A stretch of DNA of 64,000 nucleotides, from contig CAXXMV010000002.1 in assembly GCA_963662285.2 (NCBI GenBank), positions 1,120,001 through 1,184,000 on the forward strand. The letters are read 5' to 3'. Positions 20,809 through 30,557 of this stretch are shown piece after piece (positions within the stretch are counted from its first letter, which is position 1; every line of letters starts with the position of its first letter). The DNA comes from a bacterium (GTDB lineage: Bacteria; Hinthialibacterota; Hinthialibacteria; Hinthialibacterales; Hinthialibacteraceae). Position numbers and translations under genes: made by a program. Under the pieces are notes generated by a model that saw only the letters and a program-made list of their open reading frames with translations, did not search any database and had not been told where the DNA came from.

Positions 20809-20846
20809 CTGACTATAACTATAGTTATAGTCAGGCGCGGCGTCAA
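20809..20846 (-). promoter_or_regulatory. Sigma70-type promoter of the blaI-blaR1-like operon, overlapped by a perfect 26-bp palindromic operator
   Basis: Minus strand reads TTGACG-17 bp-TATAGT. The palindrome CTGACTATAACTA|TAGTTATAGTCAG (20809-20834) covers the -10 box. Confidence 0.8.
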
Positions 20847-21085
20847 GTGTTTTTTTTGAAATTTATTAAATTTGGTTATATGAAAAGAGTTTGTGGATAT
20901 AGTGTTTCGACTTAATTCTAGCAAAATGTAGTGTTTATACGATACGGAATTTTATTGCCATATTTTCCTTACAGCCAATAAGAGGTAATAATTTTATTTT
21001 ACTATAAACTCCAATTGTAAATGCTTGTTGGTAATGATAATATTTGCTATGAGAAATTGTTAGAACAAGTTTGTCGGAGTTTATA

Positions 21086-21859
21086 ATGTCTATATCAGAA
21101 GTTTTTCCTAATCCTACAGTGAAACAAGTTATATTTCAAATCAGATTTCCAAACTTATTTTATATTGGAAATAAGATTGGCGATTATCAAATGAAAATCA
21201 TGGAGAAATTTCCTGAATCAAAACTTGTTCAGCGTCAAAAGTTTATTATTGCGGAAACAGATTCTGGTGATGATTTTGAAAAAATATATGATAAAAGTGG
21301 AGGTTCCGAGCAACAAATAATTTGGAAATTTAATTCAAATAATGGTGTTGAACTTAATGTCCAAAGTGGATCAATTGATTTATCATCTTCTCATCATAAA
21401 ACTTATAATAATGAAAGTGCTAATAACGAAGATCGTTTTAGGGAGATAATAAAATATTCAATAGATAACTTTCTCCAAGTAGTATCTATTCCAATAATAT
21501 CTCGTATTGGATTAAGGTACATAGATGAATGTTTTGTTCCAGGAGTTGATAATGAAGGTTATGGTAGTTTTTATAATTCGACCTTTGCTTTAGATAGGTT
21601 TCCAATTGAGAAGACGATACAGTCAGATTTTAGGACAACTCAACGAATAGGTGATTATAAAGTTATGTTTCGTGAGTATTTTCAAAATGTTAATGATGAA
21701 CCCAAATTAATCTTAGATTTTGATGGTTTCGCAGAGAATATAAAAACAGAAGATTATCTTGCGAAATTAGATGATTTACATGATTTGATAATTGCAGAAT
21801 ATGAGAAATCACTAAAACAGCCTGCGCTTGATTATATGAGAGAAAAGAAGGTACAGTAG
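21086..21859 (+). CDS. TIGR04255-family protein
   Basis: N-terminal FPNPTVKQVIFQIRF, central RIGLRYID and C-terminal ILDFD...LDDLHD..I...E match my recollection of this family; AT-rich. Not confirmed by HMM. Confidence 0.75.
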   Translation: MSISEVFPNPTVKQVIFQIRFPNLFYIGNKIGDYQMKIMEKFPESKLVQRQKFIIAETDSGDDFEKIYDKSGGSEQQIIWKFNSNNGVELNVQSGSIDLSSSHHKTYNNESANNEDRFREIIKYSIDNFLQVVSIPIISRIGLRYIDECFVPGVDNEGYGSFYNSTFALDRFPIEKTIQSDFRTTQRIGDYKVMFREYFQNVNDEPKLILDFDGFAENIKTEDYLAKLDDLHDLIIAEYEKSLKQPALDYMREKKVQ

Positions 21860-21860
21860 A

Positions 21861-22100
21861 ATGAATGAAATAGAAAATTGTTTTGAATATGAATCTCCTT
21901 CTCAAGATATTACCGGGTCGCGTGAGCATAACAGAAAAAAAATTAAAGTTTCATTTGGAAAATATGAAATCCTGGTCTTATTGAATTCGAAAAATGAATT
22001 TGTTCGTATTTTGGAAATTTCAGTCGATAAAGATTTCAGGTCAATAGAGCAGAAATTGGATTCGGTTGGATATCATGATGTAGCGGATTTATATGAATAA
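21861..22100 (+). CDS. Small hypothetical protein (79 aa) in the AT-rich island
   Basis: Starts 1 bp after the upstream stop; same composition as its neighbours. Confidence 0.65.
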   Translation: MNEIENCFEYESPSQDITGSREHNRKKIKVSFGKYEILVLLNSKNEFVRILEISVDKDFRSIEQKLDSVGYHDVADLYE

Positions 22101-22103
22101 ATT

Positions 22104-22730
22104 ATGTTTTATGATAGAAACCTAGATCAAGTATTTAGGTTCGGGGATGTAGTTAAAGATTTTATATTATGTTCTTCTATTATCGAATACCCTAAACCTG
22201 AATCGTATGATTTCAAAATTGATATATTTCGGCCCTCCTATGCCGTAATTTTAACTCCCTGTTGCTCAATAGGTGGTAAAACAATTTTATTATCTCCTTT
22301 AGATGAAATCAAACCATCTTTTTTTGATAATCCATATATTGCTGAGGATTTGACTAATATAAATAGAAAGATGACTCCAGAGCAATCTACTCCACCTATA
22401 ATATGGGCAAGAATGTCACAAGAAGAAAAAGATCAACGTTTTGATATGTCACAGAATAAATCTTATGCTTTTTTTGATTCTTTTATATATTCAGAACATG
22501 ATCAATTGCCAAAATATAAATTAAAAAACAAGAAGAAAGTTGAATTTGAGACTGGATTCCGTTTGATTGATTTTAAAAAGATTTATAAAGTTAATTGTTC
22601 TGCAATAAACAATAGTAAACAAGTTCCTATTGAATCAAAAATATTGCAATCTTCGATAGAAACGCGAAAAGAATTAAGAGAAAAACTTGCCCATTATTTT
22701 TACAGAAAGCCAAAAGAGGATGATGTTTAG
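22104..22730 (+). CDS. Hypothetical protein, possibly PemK/MazF-like SH3-type fold
   Basis: FGDVV...YAVILTPCCSI...ILLSPL resembles the GD..V(I/L)S..vxvxPl pattern of PemK-like proteins. The fold is an inference. Confidence 0.5.
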   Translation: MFYDRNLDQVFRFGDVVKDFILCSSIIEYPKPESYDFKIDIFRPSYAVILTPCCSIGGKTILLSPLDEIKPSFFDNPYIAEDLTNINRKMTPEQSTPPIIWARMSQEEKDQRFDMSQNKSYAFFDSFIYSEHDQLPKYKLKNKKKVEFETGFRLIDFKKIYKVNCSAINNSKQVPIESKILQSSIETRKELREKLAHYFYRKPKEDDV

Positions 22731-22872
22731 TGGAATATGAGGAATCAGGTTTTTTTTGCGCTAATGATTTATCAACAACATTAGTTAACAGATAAAGAAG
22801 AGACAAGAGTTATTTTGTCTATGCAAATCACAAACAGACAGTTAATACTGGAAAGGGATGAATCTATAGGTT

Positions 22873-23505
22873 TTAATCTTCTTTAAGTTCATTCAAAATT
22901 TCAGCGGGTAATAATTCCGATATAAAGAATATCGGCGCGTAGGAAATATTCTCTTTCTCGAATGCTTCACGACCGCCCTGTTCGCGGTCTACCAGGCAGG
23001 TGGTTTGGAGGATTTCGCATCCCATGTCCTGAACAGCGTTGATGGCTTTGATTACTGAGCCGCCGGTGGTGATGACGTCTTCAATCATGATGACTTTCTT
23101 GCCGCTGATGTCGGGGCCTTCGACCATCTTTTTAGCGCCGTGTTGTTTGGCTTCTTTGCGCACTATGAAGAGGGGCAGTGGATGCCCCATGATATAACTG
23201 ACAGCTGATATGGCGCCGACGATGGGGTCTGCACCCAGGGTGGGTCCGCCGATAGCTTCCGCGCCAAGTTTACGGGCTTCTTCGAGCAGCAAACGGGCTA
23301 CGCAATAGACGCCTTCAGCATCTCCGGCGGTCAGTTTGCCGTTGATGTAATAGTTGGACTTTTTGCCTGAGGCCAGGATAAATGGTTCATCTTTGGGAGC
23401 GATCTTGATCGACTTCTCTTTGATAATCTCCGCCAGGCGGTTGCGGATAGTTGATAAATCGGTTTCTATGATTTGCTTAATGTTTTCAAAATTTGTATTT
23501 GACAT
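22873..23505 (-). CDS. pyrE: Orotate phosphoribosyltransferase
   Basis: FILASGKKSNYY, VRKEAKQHG, IEDVITTGGS, VDREQGG. Confidence 0.95.
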   Translation of the reverse strand: MSNTNFENIKQIIETDLSTIRNRLAEIIKEKSIKIAPKDEPFILASGKKSNYYINGKLTAGDAEGVYCVARLLLEEARKLGAEAIGGPTLGADPIVGAISAVSYIMGHPLPLFIVRKEAKQHGAKKMVEGPDISGKKVIMIEDVITTGGSVIKAINAVQDMGCEILQTTCLVDREQGGREAFEKENISYAPIFFISELLPAEILNELKED

Positions 23506-23635
23506 TGATATTTATTTACTCCTGTTTTTGATCTAAATAATTCAGGTTCCCTGCAATTGGATAACATTATATTAATGATTCACCCATCAAGTGCATCCTT
23601 TCATCCGGGGAATCCTGATTCAGACAATCATTATA

Positions 23636-25867
23636 CTATGGAAGTCCCTTCATCCAGCGTAAAAACCATTCCAATCCCAAAAATGCGATTAACAAGGTAA
23701 GTATCCACCATTTTTCGCCAATGAATCTCGAGCGTTCTTCGCGGATTATTTTGGACTCGTAGGGGATTCGGTCGGCCATGGTTTTCCAGGCGGGGAGGTT
23801 GGCGTATTCTCCTCCGGTCAGTTCAGATAAAGTCCTTAGATCAGCGATATTTTGTCTTAGGTCGCGCAACTCGGCGGCGGTGTTTTCGACGCGGAATTCT
23901 GCGCTGGCATTTTCTGTGAATGTGGCAGCCTGATAGGCGCCTGGTTCGACTGGGGTGTATCGGGTTTCGTAAACGCCGGGAGCATCTCCTGAAGGGGTAA
24001 GCCAGATGGTCTCTTTTCTTGATGGTCCACGGACGTTTATGCCGATGCCGCTGGAAGGCGTTGCCGCGCCAATTTGGTTTGCTGACCGATATGAAATGCG
24101 TACTGAATCGAAGGAATTAAAGAGATAGCCATCAATTTGCACTTCGCCGGATTGTTCTTCTAGCCGTGGGCAACTTTGGAATAGAACCGTCATCCAAAAC
24201 GGAGTTAACAAATCTTTGCCGGTTAACAGGTTCCATCTCCAGAAGGATCGGCTTGAGAGAATGACGATGCGGCCTAAGCCATAGCGGTGCAGGGTTACCA
24301 ATTGAACTTGCTCGTTCATGGCTGCTTCGCCCATTAGTAATAATTTAGCGCTGTCTGATTGCGGCCTGGCGGTTACATATCCACTAAGCGGCGGTAAATC
24401 CAGTTGAGGATTGTTTTGGATAAGTTCTGCAAAGGGGGCATCGGAATCAAGACCAATTTTCGCCAAGGCAGCCCTCATCTTAGGAGTGAAGGCGCGCGCA
24501 ACCGGGGCCGGTGCGGCATCCTGCAAAACCTGGGGAGGCATCCCTGCATTATTGGGTCCGGGGATGAAAATAAGCCCGCCGCCTTCTTCAACATATTGGC
24601 GTAATTGATTGATGAACTCAATGTGGTCGATTGAGAAAGCAAAGTTGTGCAGAATAATCACAGGCCATTGGTTTAATTGGTCTTGCAGCTCAGTTAGGTG
24701 CTTATATTTTGGCGTATCCTCTGTGGGAGCGGCGTCTGAGCGTCTATCGATCCAGGAGCGGTCTCCCAAAGCGGACAAGCCATTCGGGTGATGCAGAAAC
24801 GCATTGACGCTAAGCGCTTTTTGGTCTTCCAGAGTTCGTTTGAGATATTTGAATTCCCAATCGGGAGCAGAGGTTATTAGTAAAACTTTATCTTGGGCGT
24901 CGCGAATTTTGATGCCTTTAATCTGGCGGTTGTTGGATGTTATCCACTCGCCCGGCATGGGATCGACAGCGACGCTTAAAATATAGTAGCCTTTTTCGAG
25001 ATCGGGGATGTCGAAAGAAAGGTTCAAATCACTGATATCCGGTTCTGGAGAGATATCCTGTTGGTTTTCGACAATCATATCGCCGGAGCGGTTTTGGACG
25101 GTCATGCGGGTTTTATATATAGCCGACGGATCACCGCCTCTAATAATAATGTGAGCGCGAAGCTCTATCGGTTGCCCAGATCGAGCGGAAGATGGCGCCT
25201 GGATGCTATCAACAATAATGTCTTGAATAGGACTGGCGGTTCCGATGCCGAAGGTATAGACCTGAGGATGAATCTGGCGGGTAGCCGCAGTTAACAGAGA
25301 AGAGGATGAGATCGGATTTTGCCCCAGATTCCATCTTCCATCGGTGAAGAGTAATAATTTTGATGTAATATCCGGCGATATAGATTCAGCGAAACTGCTG
25401 ACTACTGAGCCAATATCAGAGTAAGGATAGGATGGCGTCGCCGATATGGGGAACTGGGATAATCCAAAAGGCTTACTCGAAGCGTATTCGCTTGAGATAT
25501 CCGAAAGAAGCGAATAGCGCAGTTCAAAACCTTTTTTTTCCCAGGAATCAATTAAACCTTTGTTTTTTAATTGGTTGATGGTTTCATCCCACCTTGATGG
25601 CCCTTCTTGGCCTGTCATGGTTGGTGGATCAGCCGGATAACTCATGCTCAAACTATCATCTAATACTATATATAGTGTAGAAGGAGTGGAAATATTCAAT
25701 ATTTCACGGATATAGGGCAACGTGAATAAATATAGCAACGCAAGCAGGAAAATGATCCTGCAAGCGGTTAAACCACTTCTAATTGATGGGGAAATCGGGG
25801 CTTTCAGGCATTTGATTGAATATAGGTAAAGAGCCGTTCCCAGCGTTATGACAATTAAAACAACCAC
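23636..25867 (-). CDS. Membrane-anchored vWA + Ig-like + GATase1-like protein
   Basis: VLDDSLSM (MIDAS), LFTDG, WEFKYLKR, GGGLIF, YGLGR...WRW, C-terminal LEWFLR. Confidence 0.75.
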   Translation of the reverse strand: MVVLIVITLGTALYLYSIKCLKAPISPSIRSGLTACRIIFLLALLYLFTLPYIREILNISTPSTLYIVLDDSLSMSYPADPPTMTGQEGPSRWDETINQLKNKGLIDSWEKKGFELRYSLLSDISSEYASSKPFGLSQFPISATPSYPYSDIGSVVSSFAESISPDITSKLLLFTDGRWNLGQNPISSSSLLTAATRQIHPQVYTFGIGTASPIQDIIVDSIQAPSSARSGQPIELRAHIIIRGGDPSAIYKTRMTVQNRSGDMIVENQQDISPEPDISDLNLSFDIPDLEKGYYILSVAVDPMPGEWITSNNRQIKGIKIRDAQDKVLLITSAPDWEFKYLKRTLEDQKALSVNAFLHHPNGLSALGDRSWIDRRSDAAPTEDTPKYKHLTELQDQLNQWPVIILHNFAFSIDHIEFINQLRQYVEEGGGLIFIPGPNNAGMPPQVLQDAAPAPVARAFTPKMRAALAKIGLDSDAPFAELIQNNPQLDLPPLSGYVTARPQSDSAKLLLMGEAAMNEQVQLVTLHRYGLGRIVILSSRSFWRWNLLTGKDLLTPFWMTVLFQSCPRLEEQSGEVQIDGYLFNSFDSVRISYRSANQIGAATPSSGIGINVRGPSRKETIWLTPSGDAPGVYETRYTPVEPGAYQAATFTENASAEFRVENTAAELRDLRQNIADLRTLSELTGGEYANLPAWKTMADRIPYESKIIREERSRFIGEKWWILTLLIAFLGLEWFLRWMKGLP

Positions 25868-26003
25868 GATTCGGCTCCTTTATACTTGGCGCGAACAACC
25901 TGCTTGACTGGTCTAATGTGCTTAAGTTTAATATTTACAACTAAATAGAATCGTATTTGGAGTAAATTAAAAACTATAAATCTAAATAGTGTTATGTATC
26001 TAG

Positions 26004-26084
26004 CCCTCACCCTTACCCCTTGTGGGGAGAGGGGACTTGGTATCTACCCCCTCACCCTATCCCTCTCCCGGCGGGAGAGGGGAC
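26004..26084. repeat. Tandem pair of CCCTCACCCT...GGGAGAGGG REP-like palindromes
   Basis: Copies at 26004-26036 (degenerate) and 26047-26084; further copies at 50024-50059 and partial at 35496-35512. Confidence 0.75.
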
Positions 26085-26340
26085 TTTGTTATCCGGCCTT
26101 TATGGTTGGTAAGTACTAGAATAGATTAATGAATATTAGCCTGTTGAATGAGTTTAGTGGAGAGCGGGAGAGGAATGAATTTTGCAATCCAGAGCGATTC
26201 TCAAAATAACGTGCGTCAGTGGGGTTGTACAAAATCCCCAAAAGATGGGACTTTGTCCAAATCCAATGTTTTCTATGAGAATTTATTTTGTTAACCGATT
26301 TAGTCAATAAATTCTGAATTGAGGCGTTATACTAAGTGAT

Positions 26341-26946
26341 ATGAAAGAAGAAACACGGACGACCTTGGATTTAGGAGCGCTTTTCCTGCGTTATCGCGAG
26401 GAGGGAGATATGACATCCTTCCAGGCGATAATGGACGAACTGCACACGCCGATATTCAATTATCTGCTGCGGCTGCTATTCAACCGGGATGATGCGGAAG
26501 ATGCGCTTCAGGAAGTCTGGATGAAAGTGATCCGGCAACGGGATAATTACAATGACCAGGGTAAGTTTTCATCCTGGGTTTATCGCATCGCCCACAATCA
26601 TTGTCTGGACCATTTTCGAAAGAGAAAGCGATGTATGGAGGATAGTGAGAATTATGGCGACGAGGGCGTTTCGGTGATTGAACGCACTGAGACAGACCAA
26701 CCTTCACCGCTGGAGGTCTTGCTCGAACAAGAACAACTTGGCGTTCTGGAAAAAGCGGTTGCTGAATTGCCTGAAGCGATTCGTGAAGTCTATGTCCTGA
26801 GGGCGGTTCATGATGTCCCGTTTAAGGAAATTGCTGAAATTCAGGATGCTCCATTGGGAACAGTTTTATCGCGGATGCATCAGGCGGTCAACCGTTTGAA
26901 AAAGGTAATTGCTTTTGATGCACCGCCAGCGCAGGAAATAGTATAG
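26341..26946 (+). CDS. ECF RNA polymerase sigma factor
   Basis: DAEDALQEVW, FSSWVYRIAHN, EIAEI...LGTVLSRMHQA. Confidence 0.95.
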   Translation: MKEETRTTLDLGALFLRYREEGDMTSFQAIMDELHTPIFNYLLRLLFNRDDAEDALQEVWMKVIRQRDNYNDQGKFSSWVYRIAHNHCLDHFRKRKRCMEDSENYGDEGVSVIERTETDQPSPLEVLLEQEQLGVLEKAVAELPEAIREVYVLRAVHDVPFKEIAEIQDAPLGTVLSRMHQAVNRLKKVIAFDAPPAQEIV

Positions 26947-26985
26947 ATAGAATTTATTTATATAACTTTATATAGGTATAGGATC

Positions 26986-27513
26986 ATGAAGAAAAACAGC
27001 GATTCAAAAAAAGACAATGTTACGCCATTGTTTCAGATGAAGGCGCCGTTGGATATGCCGGATGAGCAAGCCATGTTTTACTTTCTTGACCAACCGGACG
27101 ACAGCGAGGATAAACGGGCTTTTTTGAATCAATGCGCCCTGTCTGAATTGCAACTGGCAGAGTTGGATTATGCAAACAAGATCATCGGTGCGGGGAAAAG
27201 GCTAGATATTCATCAACCCGCTCCGGCTATCCGCGTAAGCGTGCTAGAAGCGGCGTCGGCGGCTGTTTCAGGTATAGCAGAGAAACCTGATACGGTTACG
27301 CGATCCCGCTTTCGTACCTGGCGTTGGGCGTGGGCCGCTGTTTTTGCGGCTCTGCTGTGGGGCGGACATATGGGATTGCAGCAATCTCAAATCGTCGATA
27401 GTTTCGATGAAACCGATTTTGAATATGAACTCTTGACGGTGGAAGACGATATCGATCTTCTTCAGGCAACACTCGATCTGGATTCGCTGTCAAGTTTTGA
27501 TGGGAGCGCGTGA
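26986..27513 (+). CDS. Putative single-TM anti-sigma factor
   Basis: Directly downstream of the ECF sigma; one TM (RWAWAAVFAALLWGG); acidic periplasmic tail. Confidence 0.6.
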   Translation: MKKNSDSKKDNVTPLFQMKAPLDMPDEQAMFYFLDQPDDSEDKRAFLNQCALSELQLAELDYANKIIGAGKRLDIHQPAPAIRVSVLEAASAAVSGIAEKPDTVTRSRFRTWRWAWAAVFAALLWGGHMGLQQSQIVDSFDETDFEYELLTVEDDIDLLQATLDLDSLSSFDGSA

Positions 27514-28280
27514 AAATCATGAACCGAATCATAAATACAAGTAATTTGACAAAATGCAATTTGAAAATATCAGCGGTATTGGTTATAGCAGCGATCTTGC
27601 TGCTTTCTCCTGGATGGTGTTTTGCTGAAGAAAAAGCTGAACCAGCCAAGAGTGTCGATACTGTTCAATCCGCATCGGCAGACGCTCCTATGAGGCAACA
27701 TTATGGTCGTCATTATGACCGTTTTATGGATGGAGTGGGTGGAGGACGCGGCGGCCCCGGAAGCGGTATGGGTCGCGGTCCTGGAAAAGGCATGGGCATG
27801 GGTAGAGGTGCAGGTCTTGGTCCTAGAGGATTTGATCCTAAAGAATTCGGGGGCCGGGGACCGGAATGGCGGTCTTATGTAAGAGAACAATTCAGCGCTC
27901 CTGAACGGATGGAACGGCTGCGTAAAGACAGCCCGGAAGTGGTTAAAATCATAGAGGCGTCTAAAGTTGTTCGTGAACAGATTGAGGTTGTCGTGGCTGA
28001 GGCGACAGAAGAACAAACTAAAGGGACGCTGGATAACGCCGAATTTAAGAGAAAACTTCAACCACTGATTAAAGAACAATGTGAACTTGAACTGCAACGC
28101 AAGTATATCGAACTGGAGATTATGGAGAAGAAGATCAAGCAAATCAGGGAAACCCTTGATAAACGCAAAACTATGCAATCGAGGCTGGTCGAATTGAAAA
28201 TAAGCCGCATACTTGAAGACCCTTCTTCTGCGCTTGTTGAAAAAAAGAGCGTTGAGAATGAAGAACAAACAGACAGATAA
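27510..28280 (+). CDS. Exported helical protein with a Gly/Met-rich segment (Spy/CpxP-like accessory)
   Basis: Signal peptide, GGRGGPGSGMGRGPGKGMG segment, charged coiled coil; 4-bp overlap with the upstream gene. Confidence 0.55.
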   Translation: MKIMNRIINTSNLTKCNLKISAVLVIAAILLLSPGWCFAEEKAEPAKSVDTVQSASADAPMRQHYGRHYDRFMDGVGGGRGGPGSGMGRGPGKGMGMGRGAGLGPRGFDPKEFGGRGPEWRSYVREQFSAPERMERLRKDSPEVVKIIEASKVVREQIEVVVAEATEEQTKGTLDNAEFKRKLQPLIKEQCELELQRKYIELEIMEKKIKQIRETLDKRKTMQSRLVELKISRILEDPSSALVEKKSVENEEQTDR

Positions 28281-28322
28281 TATCTTGCGTTAAGAGAATA
28301 CCTGTCTATATATTTAGAAATC

Positions 28323-28362
28323 AAAACCCTCTTCACCGGATCGCTGGTGGATAGGGTTTTTT
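28323..28362 (+). terminator. Probable intrinsic terminator of the ECF operon
   Basis: AAAACCCT..TTCACC..GGTGGA.AGGGTTTT followed by a T-run. Confidence 0.6.
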
Positions 28363-28452
28363 TGTTTTTTAATATGCATTTTTGTTGTTATTGGTGAATT
28401 ATTATGATATGCTATTATACGTGAGGTGTGTCTGCATCTTGAAGGGGGAATC

Positions 28453-29493
28453 ATGAAACAAACCACTATATTAACTATTACGCTGCTTACCATCACATTA
28501 CAGGTTCAATCCATAGAAACTGTTTTGCCATTGGATGCAATAGATTATTCAGAGAGAATTCTTGCAGATGTATATTCACAACCTCCTTGGGCTGATTATT
28601 TTAACATATACAACCTGGAAGTGAATAACGATTATGTCTATAGTATGGTTGGCCGGTACTATCAGGGTGGTGCGGGAGCCTTTAATTATCCCGTATTTAG
28701 TTTTTGCCATGCCATGCTTTATATGAATAACATAAAAGATAAAACCGTTTCTTATGTTCCTTCACAATACGTCTCTTCAAGGATTAGCAATACCGACAAC
28801 ACAAAAAATTCAGCTATCTTCTATAAAACAGAACTCTTTTTGGAGGATTCTTATATTCCATACACGATTTCCGATAACGATATTTATACTTGTTACAGCT
28901 ACTCGATTAATAGATTAGCATCATACAATACAAATAGTGGAAGAAAACTAATCGGCGGTTTGATTGAATGGACGACAAGTAGTACTGATGGGCACAATGT
29001 TTACGAAACTTATACTGTGAATTTCTGGAAGCCGGATGGAAAGCATATATGGAGCAAGAATATAAAAAAAGTACAAACTGATAAAGTAACTTATGGATTG
29101 CCAGCTGTTACTGAATTACGCTTTACGCCAAACGGACAATTTTTAACTTTTAATTTGGGAGGTGAATGTAAATATATAGACGACCTACCTTATATGGCGC
29201 CCTATTCATACCTAATAGACACAGAAACCTTCACCTTCCTCCTCGCCAATCGTGATGTGGAATTCACCTCGGACGAGAAATATTATGTAACCGAACGCGA
29301 TGGCCTGCCCTCGCTGGTGGATGCAGAGACCCATGACGTACTGCTGCGTTATGATCCCGGATCAACCATGACGGCCTGCGGCTTCTCGCCGGATGACGCC
29401 AAACTCTACATCGCCTGCGAAGACCTGAAGGTATACGAATTCTCCAGTCATGTTCCAGATACGGCGGTGAAGGATTGGGCGATTTTTGAGTGA
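28453..29493 (+). CDS. Secreted beta-propeller-like protein, paralog A (variable N-terminus, conserved C-terminus)
   Basis: RBS GGGGG before ATG 28453; signal peptide; WD40-like FTPNG/FTSDE/FSPDD turns; ends TAVKDWAIFE. Confidence 0.7.
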   Translation: MKQTTILTITLLTITLQVQSIETVLPLDAIDYSERILADVYSQPPWADYFNIYNLEVNNDYVYSMVGRYYQGGAGAFNYPVFSFCHAMLYMNNIKDKTVSYVPSQYVSSRISNTDNTKNSAIFYKTELFLEDSYIPYTISDNDIYTCYSYSINRLASYNTNSGRKLIGGLIEWTTSSTDGHNVYETYTVNFWKPDGKHIWSKNIKKVQTDKVTYGLPAVTELRFTPNGQFLTFNLGGECKYIDDLPYMAPYSYLIDTETFTFLLANRDVEFTSDEKYYVTERDGLPSLVDAETHDVLLRYDPGSTMTACGFSPDDAKLYIACEDLKVYEFSSHVPDTAVKDWAIFE

Positions 29494-29528
29494 TCTTTGA
29501 GTAGTACTCAAACTCGTAAGTTATAGCA

Positions 29529-29618
29529 TCAAGGGCTGACCGCTTTGCGGTCTTGCCCTTGGCACCCGTCTTTAGCATCAAGGGCTGGACACAAAATGCG
29601 GTCTTGCCCTTGGCGACC
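29529..29618. repeat. Two tandem TCAAGGGC...GCCCTTGGC(A/G)CC palindromic repeats
   Basis: Copies at 29529-29567 and 29578-29618. The same family occurs at 32922-32960, 35411-35441, 49961-49993 and partially at 48025-48035. Confidence 0.8.
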
Positions 29619-29689
29619 ACCTATGTATATAAAATCCTGCTAATCTTTTTATCCTGGGCATCCAGATTCAGACAAAAAACAAGAAACCT

Positions 29690-30460
29690 CTATTCCACAT
29701 GCACCCACATTGCGGCTTGGGCGTTTAGGGAATAGGTTTTGCCCTCGTGTTGGATTGATTTGACATCCTCGGCGTAGGCGCCGATAATCCACCATCCGGC
29801 TTTGGGCAGGGTATGGACGAATACGCCGTTGGGATCGGTTACTGCGATTCGGGTAATCATCGGTTCGGGCGGCAGATTTTTGAGGTCGGGTGGTGTATCC
29901 AGGTACTGTTCGATCTCTATTTCAATTCCGGGCGCTGGTTCGCCGTTTTTTAATACCTGACCGGAAAAAACGAATCCCGCTTCTAATCCGTAGGGACGGG
30001 TTAATGGAACGATCTCCATGGGTTGTCCGGTTTTCTGGCGCCAGCCTTCGGTGCGTTCGGCGTGAACAAATACTTTGAGGAAATCCTGGTAGGCTTTTTG
30101 ATTACGGCCGAAAAATATTGATGTGTTCAAGCCGATGATATGGTCGCCTTTTTGTTCCGGGTTATAGGCCAGTTTAAAGGCTTTGGCTTTTTGATCTCTA
30201 ACCGTGTGAACTGTCTCTTTCAATAAGTTAATCAGCTGGATTTTTTGGCCTGAAGGTGTTATAGCGAAAACTGATTCTGGTTTTTCAGCGTCTTCGTATT
30301 CCTGTTCGTAGGGGTGACCTATGGCGAAGAGCAGGTTGACGGGTTTATTAAGTTCCGCAAAAGGCGCGTCGTGGATCAGTATGGGGAAATGGGCGAAGGC
30401 GCTGGATGCCGATAAAAGGCTCAATAGAATAAATAGCGAAGATATACGTTTCATCATCAA
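29690..30460 (-). CDS. DUF4198 (Ni/Co uptake-associated) periplasmic protein
   Basis: Signal peptide ending AFA-H; GHPYE; EIVPLTRPYGL..G..FSGQV; TDPNGVF...P.AGWW. Confidence 0.85.
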   Translation of the reverse strand: MMMKRISSLFILLSLLSASSAFAHFPILIHDAPFAELNKPVNLLFAIGHPYEQEYEDAEKPESVFAITPSGQKIQLINLLKETVHTVRDQKAKAFKLAYNPEQKGDHIIGLNTSIFFGRNQKAYQDFLKVFVHAERTEGWRQKTGQPMEIVPLTRPYGLEAGFVFSGQVLKNGEPAPGIEIEIEQYLDTPPDLKNLPPEPMITRIAVTDPNGVFVHTLPKAGWWIIGAYAEDVKSIQHEGKTYSLNAQAAMWVHVE

Positions 30461-30505
30461 TGCTCCTGTTCAAAAAGTATTGAGTATTATTAAGATGAAA
30501 GCATA

Positions 30506-30532
30506 GTAACACAAATTCTATAATAGTGTTAC
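30506..30532. promoter_or_regulatory. Candidate NikR-type operator upstream of the DUF4198 gene
   Basis: Perfect inverted repeat GTAACAC-N13-GTGTTAC, 46 bp upstream of the start. Confidence 0.6.
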
Positions 30533-30557
30533 CCCAGTTAAGAGGATTGGTCAGTCC

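Noticed and set aside
27570-28268. 232-aa antisense ORF and the many other overlapping ORFs in the track (for example 41172..41702, 62382..62957, 16936..17478)
   Set aside because: They lie on the opposite strand or in another frame of well-supported genes and have no motifs; they are treated as shadow ORFs.
29529-29618. Tandem ~40-bp palindromic repeats as a mini-CRISPR array
   Set aside because: Only two non-identical units with a 10-bp gap, the same motif is dispersed elsewhere, and there are no cas genes.
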